Positions 25,521-43,943 of a stretch of 64,000 bases of DNA are shown here, in pieces. The stretch lies in assembly GCF_009914755.1 (NCBI RefSeq), contig NC_060929.1; one strand, given 5' to 3'. The notes beneath the pieces were generated by a model. That model made no database searches. It was given only the letters and a program-made list of their open reading frames with translations, and was not told the DNA's origin. The stretch is from the human T2T-CHM13v2.0 reference genome, Homo sapiens. Made by a program: the position numbers and the translations under genes. Numbering within the stretch: the first letter of the stretch is position 1; each line of letters begins with the position of its first letter.

Positions 25521-26481
25521 GACAAGATTGATTCTTCTCATAATCCCAAGCTCACCATGACTTCACCCCAACCCTAACCTTTCTTAACCTGAGGATGAAG
25601 AAGTTTATTTAGACTGAACATGTGCCAATTCAATAAGGATCAGACACTCAATTAGTTAACAAGTGTCTTCTTATTGTTAGCAATGACAATTAAAATCTAG
25701 TGAGCATTTCATAAGTACCAGAGATTGTTACATGCATTATTTTATTTCATCCTCACGATAACCCTACAAAGAAAATCTTACCTTTGTTTTACACAGGGGA
25801 AAGTGAGGCTTAGAGCCACTTGTCATTTATCTTCATCATTTGTCTGCTCTATTACACCTAAGTAAGTGACAGAGCAGGGATTTGAACCCAGATCTATCTG
25901 ACTCCAAAACCCAAGATCAGCCCACACAACCAGAAGTTTTCCAGTTCTGGTTCTAGAAGAGGGAATGAGGTCCTAGATACAGTGGAGGTTCTTGGAGGCT
26001 GCTGCTAAGAACAGGAGAAGGCCGAGGGTCCTGGATTCTGGGCCTTCTCCCCCTACGCTAACCAGAGCACCTCCACTTGGTATGTATTTTACATTTAAGA
26101 TTTCATTTGCAATCACAGCACAAGTCCCCATTGCCTGTTGGACTTCGTAAATGCCTGACACTGAACTAGTGGCTGGAGTGAATAGCACAGAAGCATGTGA
26201 CCTGGGCCTGAGAACAGTCCTACAATCCCATACAGACCTCACACAGGTGAAATAATAACCTCATGCTTAGAGAGCAAACTGCCCACAGCTGAATCCCAGA
26301 ATAGCCACTCTGGGAAGGAAGTGGTCTCTAAGGAGACAAGGATGGAAGAAGGTTTGTAAAGAAAAGGGCCCTTGGGCTGGGTAGAAAATGGTAGGTTGGA
26401 TGTGAGGAGCTGAAAGTGGAGTAAAGCCTTTCTCCCTGTCTTTGCTACCAGCATCACCATTTACTGAGTTACCCAAATTGA

Positions 26482-26869
<388 letters not shown>

Positions 26870-27598
26870 CTACCCCTATCACCCTGGCCCTAGGGCAAAC
26901 CCTCATCACTTTGATTTTTAAAGTTGCAGCTGTCTCCCAAGGACTTCCCTACTCACCCCCAATTCCATTCTCCATATTGATGTGAGAGCAATAGTCCAAA
27001 ACAACAAATCCACAGGTGTCAGTCTCTTGCTGAAAAATCTTTTCTAGTGCATCAGGGCTTAAGTCTTAACTGTTCCATGTGACAAGCAAAGCCCCTCAAA
27101 AACCAGCCTCACCTTCCTTCCTTTCCAGCCTTGCCCTCTGTCACTCTTCCAGGGGCTGCCTGGGATTGGTGTTCCAGTTACACCAACAAGCTTACCCATT
27201 TCTCAAACCCACAAGTTTCTGTCTCTTATCCAGTACTCTGTCTCCTGATTTAGAGTGTCAAATTTCCATTCCTCCTTCAAGTCACACCTCAAATGTCACT
27301 GCTTCTGGGCAGCCTTCCCACCTTCCCCAGGGAGAGTGCCATGGGACTTTCGGACCTACCGCCATTCAGATGCTTCTCACTTTCCCTTGCCCTTCCTATT
27401 TTTCCCTCCATTCAACTGTGAACATCTTGCAGTCAGAAGTTGTCCTTACTATCTGTCTATTCCCAGTGTTTATCAAAGTGCCCAGTACATAATAGAACTC
27501 AGTAATTGTTAAATGAATGACTTCAAGTGAGAGAAACCAAATACACAAAGCTTTTCAAAAAGGAATTGAGCATATTTTGTATAGAATAGTGAAGAGGT

Positions 27599-27941
<343 letters not shown>

Positions 27942-28212
27942 CTACTAAGGAGAGGTGTCACAGTTGTAAATTCCCTGTGTAACTGGTACAGAAATAGGTG
28001 GGAGAGAAGAACTAGGGAAACAATGTTTAAAGAAAAAGAAAGATACACTTTTCATAACATTGTAACTCCCCCAGGATGCAGAGTTGTCTGGGACACACCA
28101 TCAATGAATCACAGGAGACTGAGACCTTGAACTCTCAGCCCTCATGGCAGCCAGGTGTCCCCCAGGACTACATTAGCCTTATTCATTTACTTCACTGTAT
28201 AGAACAATATCA

Positions 28213-28505
28213 AGCTGGGCATGGTGGCCCACATCTGTAATCCCAGCTACTCAGGAGGCTGAGGCAGGAGGGTTGCTTGAGCCAAAGAGTTTGAGACCAG
28301 CCTGGGCAACAAAATGAGACTTTGTCTCTACAAAAAGTTTTTTAAAAATTATCTGGGCATGGTGGTGCTTGTCTGTAGTCCCAGCTACTCAGGAGGCTGA
28401 GGCAAGAGGATTGCTTGAGCCCAGGAGTTTGAGGCTAAAGCCAGCTACAATTATGCCACTGCACTCCAGCCTGGTTGACAAAGTGAGACCCTATCTCTTA
28501 AAAAA
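28213..28505 (+). mobile_element. Alu (AluJ-like)
   Basis: Diverged Alu dimer with ttgcttgagccc diagnostics. Confidence 0.9.
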
Positions 28506-28506
28506 T

Positions 28507-28510
28507 TGTA

Positions 28511-28564
<54 letters not shown>

Positions 28565-28590
28565 TACACACACACACAAACACACACATA
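28507..28590. repeat. Compound microsatellite (TG)7(TA)14(CA)n
   Basis: Read directly. Confidence 0.95.
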
Positions 28591-28613
28591 TAAATGTAAC
28601 AATTATTATTTTC

Positions 28614-28757
28614 CTTTTTTTTTTTTTGAGACAGGGTCTTGCTCTGTCGCCCAGGTTGGAGTGCAGGGGTGCAACCTTAGCTCACTGCAACCTCTGCCTC
28701 CTGGGCTCAAGCAATCCTCCCTCCTCAGCCTCCTGAGTAGCTGAGACCAAGGCATGC
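28614..28757 (-). mobile_element. 5'-truncated Alu with perfect 16-bp TSD
   Basis: aacaattattattttc at 28598-28613 and 28758-28773 flanking a reverse Alu right arm. Confidence 0.92.
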
Positions 28758-29687
28758 AACAATTATTATTTTCTATGTGTGCCATGCCATGAAAAAGATT
28801 GGGAACTCCTAACTAGAAGAATATTTTCTTCTATCTCTCCCAGGAAACAAATATTAATAAATAACCAATAGCCTATCTTCATCTAGAAAAACCAGTGAGC
28901 TGACTTCCACAACTACTTGTCAAGTAAACATTTTCAATTGCCCCAAAATGAATGTCAGTAACAACAACAAAAACAAAGCTGGAGGTGAGTTTTCCAAGTA
29001 ACATTTCTTCAACACTTTTTTATGCCATTTCCCATGTTCACAGACAGATTTTCAGTGAGCCAACCTAAAATCATGGGAAGTTTTGAAACAACCATGTTCA
29101 TCTGAAAATTTTCAGACGTTGGTGTTTCCAGAATAGTCACAAATACACTTCAAGAAGAAGAACAAATTGATAAATCGAAAGCAGTTTTGGCAGTATTATC
29201 AAAAGCCTTAAAAATATTTATATCCTTGAAACCTCCTAAGAAAGAAAATACTGTAGCTCCATATATCCAAAGAAATCATGGCAAAATGCTAGTATCAGTT
29301 GACTCTGGCAACTGGGTGGAGGATTTTGAGTGTTTTTTTTTCTTTCCCAGTTTAATCATATTTTACTTGTCTGTGATAAGTTTGTCTTACTTTGATAAGC
29401 AAGAATAAAATAAATGAAAAAAATCCATTGCTTTCTACCCAATTATTTCTCTTCAGAAAATCATTTTAAAGAAAGAAAGATATTTATTTAAAGATACTCC
29501 CCTAAATATTATTCATACTGGGAAAAAAATTGAAAACAACTTAAATGTTCAACAATAGCAATGACACAATATGAAAAATTATGTAGACATTTTTAAAAGG
29601 TTAACAAAAAAAAGGAGAGGAGACACTTGTCCTTAGTAGAAAGGTCGATTAAAAAAAAAATCTTCTGATACTACCTCTTCACTATTC

Positions 29688-29800
29688 TTTTTTTTTTTTT
29701 TCAGACAGAGTCTCACCCTGTTGCCAGGCTGGAATGCAGTGGTGCAATCTTGGCTCACTGCAACCTCTGCCTCCCAGGTTAAAGTGATTCTCCTGCCTCA
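29688..29800 (-). mobile_element. Alu right-arm fragment
   Basis: Poly-T followed by about 100 nt of reverse Alu 3' end. Confidence 0.85.
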
Positions 29801-29917
29801 TATGGAAATAATAAGAAAATAATATGGAAACAGATTTATGATACAAATTAAGTAGGAAAAGATATAACAGATTTTATGTTCTGTGACGTAGAATTTATAT
29901 TATAAAACTGTATAGAA

Positions 29918-35524
<5,607 letters not shown>

Positions 35525-35943
35525 AAACCTGTATAGAAAAGAGACTAAAAGTAAATATACTGAAGTGCTAACAGTGGTTCTATTTAAAAGGGAGATTAAG
35601 GGTGATTTTTATGCTTTCTCACATTTTTCTGTATTTTTCTAAATTTTCCATAATGAGCAAGTACTAATTTTAATATTAAAATAATGGTTTTTGTTAAGTA
35701 AACTGTACCTAAAACTTATGCAATTGGTGGGAAATACTTAAATCCTCAACATTTTGCATTTTTGCTTTGGCTAAATTCAATAATAGGAAATCATGTAATT
35801 TTATTGTAAAAGATATATTTTGGGTGCCATTTTAATGCGAAAAGAAATGACTTTAACTTAAGCCAAACTCATAGAGGAACTGATTACTCAGGATTGTACC
35901 CAGCTGCAAAAAAATTCAATGGGTTATTGAAAGTAGAGGTGAC

Positions 35944-36213
35944 AGCCAGGCACAGTGGCTCATGCCTGTAATCCTAGCACTTTGGGAGGCCGAGGCAGGT
36001 GGCTCGCTTGAGCCCAGGAGTTCAAGACCAGCCTGGGCAAGTTGGTAAAACCCCATCTCTATGCAAAATATAAAAATTAGCCTATCATGCCTGTAGTCCC
36101 AGCTATTCAGGGGGCTGAGGTGGAGTGAAAGGATCACCTGAGCCCAGGAGGTCACAGCTGTAGTCAGCCGAGATCGCACCACTGCACTCCAGCCTGGGCG
36201 ACAGAGTGAGACC
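35944..36213 (+). mobile_element. Alu (AluJ-like), tail lost
   Basis: Alu dimer sequence ending gagaccc without poly-A. Confidence 0.88.
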
Positions 36214-37418
36214 CAAAGTTGGCTTATGTAGTAGTAAAATCCCTCATCACAAAATCTCAGTATGGAGCACAATACTTTTGTAAAACTCTGATGGACATTT
36301 AAGCAAGTGATTAAACTTGACATCACTAATGGTGGGACAAACGTATTATGTCTCCTGATGTGATGCTTCATTTACAAACACATAAAAATCTTGATGGTGA
36401 GAGGGGTGCTATTTACAATTACAGCAGGACAGGAAGCAAAGTGGAATAAACCCCACCTATGAAGTATTCTGGACAAAAATCTTCAATATTTAAGCAAGCT
36501 TAGGTTTTGGTTTACAAGAAGTACAGAGAATAGAGGAATGGTTAAGTGGCCCAGAAGGAAGCAACCACACAAAACCGCTCTGTGGGACATCCTACAAGAC
36601 ACAGGTCTCATCAAAAAGTCAATATATCAACGAAAAAATGTTGCAGATAGAAGAAGCATTCTAGATTTAAAGAGAATAAGGAAACATAACCACGTGCAGT
36701 ATATCAACCTAGATTTCTTCCTGGGGAAATTTTACTCTAGGGTTGGTATTAATATCAGAAGGAACTAGAGAATTATTGTTAGTTTTCTTAGGCAAGATAA
36801 TGTTATGTAATTATATGGGAGACTGTCCTTTTGTAGGACATACATGCTGAAATATTTAAGGTGAAATATCTATGTCTGTAATTTATTATTAAAAAGTTTA
36901 TCCCCTCAATATATATGCCTATATAATAAGGTATGCATATATGGTACACAAAGTAAAAATGAAAAAAAAAATGTTCACAATGCTTGATGGCTGCTTATTT
37001 GACTATTCCTCCAATTTTTGTATGTTTGAAATGTTTATAATAAAAATTGAAGAGAAATTATGCTCTTTTAAAAAATTTACATTCCAAGCACTTGGGAGTT
37101 GGGAAAAAAAATATTCACAGACACCTAGGTTTGCTTTTTTGCATTTTCACTTAGACCCTAGTGTATTCTGAATCTTTTTAGGAGTAGAATTTATATCCTA
37201 TCTGTCTGATGTCATTTACTGGACGTTATTTTTATGTGTATTTTGGGATTTAGGAGATTATATTAGATATGTGTCTTGATGAAAGAAATGTGCAATTATT
37301 GCAAATTGAGTATGAACATTATCCTTTAGCGATCTTTCCACATCTAACATTTCTAATCAGAGTAGGGCTTATAAATTAAACATATCTTTTTAATCTGCTC
37401 ATACATTATCATGCAGCA

Positions 37419-37425
37419 TGTGTGT

Positions 37426-37457
<32 letters not shown>

Positions 37458-37481
37458 CTGTCTGTCTGTCTGTCTGTGTGT
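37419..37481. repeat. (TG)n/(TCTG)n compound microsatellite
   Basis: Read directly. Confidence 0.92.
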
Positions 37482-39014
37482 ATTTAAACTCCAGCATGGC
37501 ATTTTTCTTTGAAATACTGCTACGGCAGAAGGTTATTATAGTTATTGATCATTTGTAGAGAGCTGTAAGAGTTCATAGGACTTTATTAAAATATGAAGAA
37601 CAAAATCTAAGTTTATAGTCTGCCTCTATTCCACCACCACCACTTAGAAATTTCTAGGGCAACGTTTCAAGAGACTATTATATTTCACCACCACTTTTTT
37701 TTTCTCCCAAGGTTGTCTAAGCTCCCTCCAGAGTGGGCGTTTCATTGTGGTCCTGGGTGTCATGGGAGAGAGTCTGCTGGCTTGTTCCACGTTTCTCCCT
37801 CTGATGAGGAGTCCAGCCCATCTAAAGTGTAGGATCAAGGGGCTCTGCTTAGAAAGTAAGATATTTTCTCAAAGTACAACTTACAGAGCTAGTAGTTATT
37901 TTGGGGTGAAAATGCTAATAATATAAGTTTGGAAAATGCTGAGTTAAGCCACATTAAACTGGTTTCTTTACTGCAGGACTTCTTAGAATGTTTAAGATAC
38001 TAATATACTTTGTCAATCTCCACTGAGGAATACACCATTTCCAAAATGCAGTGCACATAAAACTTTTCTTCTTTTTGGAATTTGATTTCATGAGGTCAGT
38101 ATTCCGAGGAAAATAGTCTAGGAGATGCTGTTCTGAAAGGCTTCCCTCTTTAAAAATTCCCTCCACCTCCCATTCATACCCCTTCATAATGAAAAACAGC
38201 TACTGCTTACTGGGCATGTTCTACGTAAGAAAAAGGTAGTTCACAGTCGGGAAAACTGAAAACCGAAGTGCAGAGAGGTTAAGTTATCTGCCAGGCATCC
38301 CACAGTCATGAAATGTCAGTCATCTGAGCCCAAAGTTCATGCTTCTCATCATTAATGCTTCTATCTCACATCATGAAATTGACCACTTGGAAAACAAAAG
38401 ATAATTCTTTTAAAATGAGGCAGAAAATGATTTTAACTAGTCTCATCATATTCTAGAATCCATAACAGGCTTCTGAATATACGATCAGTGCAGCCTCTTG
38501 GTGGCTGGGTGTCACTTAGCTACCTATGGTGTTGGTTCTCTAAGCTCTGCCTCAAGGGATATCCCATAGTTTGCTTTGAAAGGTAGCACCTGGAATATCT
38601 GTAAATCTCCAGAATGGAGAGATAGGCCAGTTTCCTTGTACTTTGAAATGCCTTTTCCTCACTGCCTCTGAGCAGAGCTGGCAGGGGTCTTTGCATCACA
38701 GGCCAAACTCCCCACGTCAGAATGTAAAGGGAAGGTTACCAGAGGACCCAGTAGACGAGGAGTGTGGTGGAAAAACATCCACCCTGCCAGAAACCACAGG
38801 CCAAAATCTGGGACTTCATTAAAAAATAATCATCACTTGAGATTATTCTACTATTCAAAAACCCTGTCCTGGGGGCCCCTGGTTTGCCCACTAGAGAACA
38901 AGGGACAAATTTTTCTAACTCCTCCTTCATTTCTAACTTACCATGAATTCCTATCACACAGAAAAGCAAAAAGAGATCTCAGAGGCTGAAAAATGGCCCT
39001 GAGTTTTCTCTATT

Positions 39015-39735
39015 CCAGCACTCTCCAATAATATTATAATGTAAGCCACATACATATTTTTAGATTTTCCAGTAGTAACATTGAGAAAGCAAAAATATAC
39101 AGATGAAATTAATTTTATTAATATTTACTTAATCCACTATATCCAAAATGTTATCAATGCAACATGTAATCCAGTATAAGATATTCATTAGCTATTTTAG
39201 GTTCTTTTTTTCCTACTAAACCCTTTAATTCCTATGTGTATTTTACTTAGCATCTCAATTCGTTTACTAGACTTTCTGTTAGAAGTATTTGATCTCTATT
39301 CAGATTTCATAAAATTTATATTGACACAGTAGAATCACATACCCAAGTTGTTCCAATCATATTTAAAAGTTTTTCAATAACTGAACTGATCATCAATTTT
39401 AAAATTTATATGTAAATCAAATCAAAATTTTATTTTAATTTTTTCTTTGAGACAGGATCTCACTCTGTTGTCCAGGCTGGAGTGCAGTAGCACGATCGTA
39501 GCTCACTTGCAGCTCTGAACTCCTAGGCTCAAGCAATCCTCCTGCTTCAGCCTCTTGAGGAGATGGGACCACAGGTGTTTGCCACCAAACCTGGCTATTT
39601 TTAAAATTTTTTTATAGACATAGTGTCTCCCTGTTGTCCAGGTTTAAATTAAAATTCTAGTTATTTAGTCCCACTAGCTACATTTCAAGGCCAGTAGTCG
39701 CTTATTACTTGTCGCTACCCTATTAGACAGCTAGT
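39015..39735. mobile_element. hAT-Charlie-type DNA transposon relic (MER3/MER33-like), interrupted by an Alu fragment at about 39436-39642
   Basis: Terminal-like cagcactctccaata ... tattagacagc, with internal atttacttaatccactatatccaaaat and ctagctacatttcaag motifs. Confidence 0.6.
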
Positions 39736-41226
39736 CAAAGGTTCTTGATGAGGCCAGTAGTGCTCCCTAGAGGACATTATGGAACTTTGTGGAAACATTT
39801 ATTTTTTAGTACTGTACTCAAAATGAATGAACACCACAGACATTTCGTGGGTGAGAGGCTAGGGATGTTAGACATTCTCCAATATGAAGAGCAATCCTAC
39901 ACAACAAAAATTGTCCCTCACCTCAGACTTCTGAGAAGATGAAACACCTGTTTATAATTATCTGTGCCTAGAACATAGCTGTTTCTCTATTTATTTTATT
40001 TTATTAGTGGGAGTGGGGAGCTTAGCTTTGATATACAGCACATTTGGGGGAACTGAAAATGCACATAAATTAAAGACATTTTGTACTTTGTCTTGTTCAG
40101 TTCTACCAAGAGTTGTCCACCATTTTGTAAAAGTATTTCACTGGTTGAAATATCATAACTGTTTCAGAAAGCGTTTGTAGCCATCCCAATCACAGGGATC
40201 CTAGACATACACAGAGTGCCTATTTTACAATAACTTCTAGGGAAATCACATCCAAGCATTTGTTTTTAAAATATGTAGTATTTTATATCAATTACTTTCC
40301 TTTTATTTCTCTTTATATTAGAGCAAGGGCATTATATTGGTTTTTTAAAGTTATATTTGCAGGTAATTGTTTAATTTATTAATTTTATTCCAGAATAGTG
40401 CAGAGGGTTAGGAAGTGTTACTGAAAGCATGCATTATGTCTGATGGATTAAGAGCCACTGCTCTAGTAAGCATGGCTAGTTAAAGCTGATGAAGACTCTG
40501 CCACCTGCAGGGAGGAGAGGGAACTCAGGCTGCATCACGGAATGCACTAGGAAAGGATGTGATTGTGTGGCTCCAGAGGACAGGAAAGAGCTATTTCAAT
40601 TAAACAAATACATACTTTGTATCTACTAAGTCTAAAGCATGGGGTCCTGGAAGACAGGGCTACAGCAGCAACCCAAACAATGTAAGCCTTCTCCCAAGGT
40701 GCTCACGGTGGAGCGTAGAAAAATATGTGGGTCTGGGGAAGTAGGGATCGGGCCAAGTGGGCAAGAACAATCCACTGGTCAGAGACCCCCGATCCATTTC
40801 AAACCTCTCTGCTAACAACCTGTGCAGGTTACTTGATCTAGGAGAATGTAACAAGGATGCCAAGGTTTTGGCACATATGCTTAATTTTTTTCAAAATTTA
40901 CACCAGCTTAGAAAATCTACATAAAAATATAAAAGTAATACACGAATACAGTGTTTTGTATAAATTCAAAAACTAGAGATGCAGGTAAAGAACAAAAAAG
41001 TCTTCATTTTTCCTAAAAAATAACTATTACTATAAATCTAGAATATGTCCTTCTCAACATTTTATGCATTTATATACATATGTATGCAAGATACAAATAA
41101 TTTTAATGGGTTTTTCTTAAAAACATAAGTGAAGTTATACACTCTGTGTGTGTATAGCTTTACAACTTCATTTTTCCTTTTATTGAAAAATAGGTCTTGG
41201 CACAAAGGCATAAGAATGACACAATG

Positions 41227-41695
<469 letters not shown>

Positions 41696-42423
41696 CTAAA
41701 ATCTCACAAATCACCACTAAAGAACTTACTCATGTAACCAAATACCACCTGTGCCCCAATAACCTATGCAAATACAGTACATAAATAAAAATAAAAATAT
41801 GTCTTAGAACTCCCAGCTGTCATCTGCTGTTGCATCTCCAAGCTTTTGGGAACTTCTGGGCATGTTTTGCTCTCCACATCACTCACTTTTTGAAGGAAAG
41901 AAAGAAGAGGAAAAAATCTACCCATAGAAAAATAAATACAAAAATTAGAAGTACCGGTGTCTCCAGATGAGAAGGAACTGGCACAAGAATTCTGCCACCA
42001 TGAAAAATCTGAATGTGGCAATACCACCAAAGCATTGCATTAGCTTTCTAGCAATGGTCCCTACACAAAATGGAAACTCGGAAATGACAGGTAAAGAATT
42101 CAAAGCATGGATTGCAAGAAAGCTCACTGAGATCCAAGACAAGGTTGAAAATCAACAGAAAGAAACTTCCAAAGCAGTCCAGAAAATGAAGGAAGAGATA
42201 AACATCTTAAAAAGACAGCAAAGCAGTCCAGAAAATGAAGGAAGAGATAAACATCTTAAAAAGAAAGCAATCTGAGCTTCTGGAATTAAAATACTCATGT
42301 AAGGAGTTTCAAAATACAATTGAAAGCTTTGTCAATAGACTGGACTAAGCAGAAGAAATAATTTCAGAGATTAAAGACCAGACTTTTGAACTAAACCAAT
42401 CTGACAAAAATAAAGACAAAAGT

Positions 42424-42732
42424 TTTTGTTTTGTTTGTTTGTTTTTTAAAAAGACAGCATCTTCTTCTGTTGCCAGGCTGGAGTGCAGTGACATAACTGT
42501 GGCTCACTACAACCTCTGCCTCCCAGGTTCAAGCATTTCTCCTGCCCTCAACCTCCTGAATACCTGGGATTACAGGCACGTGCCACCATGCCTAGCTAAT
42601 TTTTGTATTTTTAGTAGAGAAGGAGTTTCATCATGTTGGCCAGGCTGGTCTTGAACTTCTGACCTCAAGTAATCTGCCCACCTCAGCCTCCCAAAGTGCT
42701 GAGATTACAGGTGTGAGCCACTGCACCTGGCA
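42424..42732 (-). mobile_element. Alu inserted in ORF1 of the host L1
   Basis: Reverse Alu dimer with (TTTG)n tail. Confidence 0.92.
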
Positions 42733-43679
42733 GGAATTTTTTTAAATGAGCAAAGACTTCGAGAAATATGGGATTATGTGAAGTCACCAAATCTATAAAT
42801 TACTGGCATTCCTGAGAGAGAAGCAGAAAAAGCAAACAACCTGGAAAGTATATTTGAAAAAATAATTCAAGAGAACTGAAGGAGAAATAAAATATTTTCC
42901 AGTCAAGCAAGCACTGAGGGAATTTGTTACCACTAGACCAGTCTTATAAGAGACCTTTAAGGGAGTTTTAAACATGGAAGCAAAAGAATGATACCTGTTA
43001 CCACAAAAACACAGCTAAACACATAGCCTGCAGACCCTGTAGAGCAAAAACACCATAGAAATACAAAGCAGACAACTAACAACTTCATGATATGCTCAAA
43101 ATTTCACATGTTAATATTGATTTTGAATGCAGATGGTCTAAACACCCCGTTTAAAAGTCACAGAAGGGCAAGTTGAATTAAAAAAAAAAAAAGACTCATT
43201 GACCTGCTGTCTTCAAAAGACCTGTCTCACACATAATGACACCCATAGGCTCAAAATAAAGGGCTGAGAAAAGATCTGGCACACAAATAGAAATCAAGAA
43301 AAAGCAGGAGTCACTATTCTTATATCAGATAAAAGAGACTTTAAACCAACAACAGTAAAACAGGACAATGGGTAAATGACAAAGGGTTCAATTCAACAAG
43401 AAGACTTAATTACCATAAATATATACACACCCAACATTAGAGCACCCAGATTCATAAAACAAGTACTTCCAGACCTATGAAAAGACTTAAGGGGGAGGAG
43501 CCAACATGGCCGAATAGGAACAGCTCCAGTCTACAGCTCCCAGCTTGAGCGATGCAGAAGATGGGTGATTTCTGCATTTCCAACTGAGGTACCAGGTTCA
43601 ACTCACTGGGGAATGTCAGACAGTGGGTGCAGGACAGTGGGTTCAGCACACCGAGCATGAGCCAAAGCAGGGTGAGGCA

Positions 43680-43943
43680 TCACCTCACCCAGGAAGTGCA
43701 AGGAGTCAGGGAATTCCCTTTCCTAGTCAAAGAAAGGGGTGACAGACAGCACCTGGAAAATTGGGTCACTCCCACCCTAATACTGTACTTTTCCAACAAT
43801 CTTAGCAAACGGCACACCAGGAGATTATATCCTGTGCCTGGCTCGGAGGGTCCTACGCCCACGGAGCCTTGCTCACTGCTAGCACAGCAGTCTGAGATCA
43901 AACTGCAAGGCAGCAGCGAGGCTGGGGGAGGGGCGCCCGCCAT
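43680..43943 (-). other. L1 ORF0 homologue (antisense ORF in L1 5'UTR), open, 87 codons
   Basis: MAGAPPPASLLPCSLISDCCAS...IRVGVTQFSRC... matches the recalled primate L1 ORF0 peptide; ATG at 43943-43941 is intact. Confidence 0.75.
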
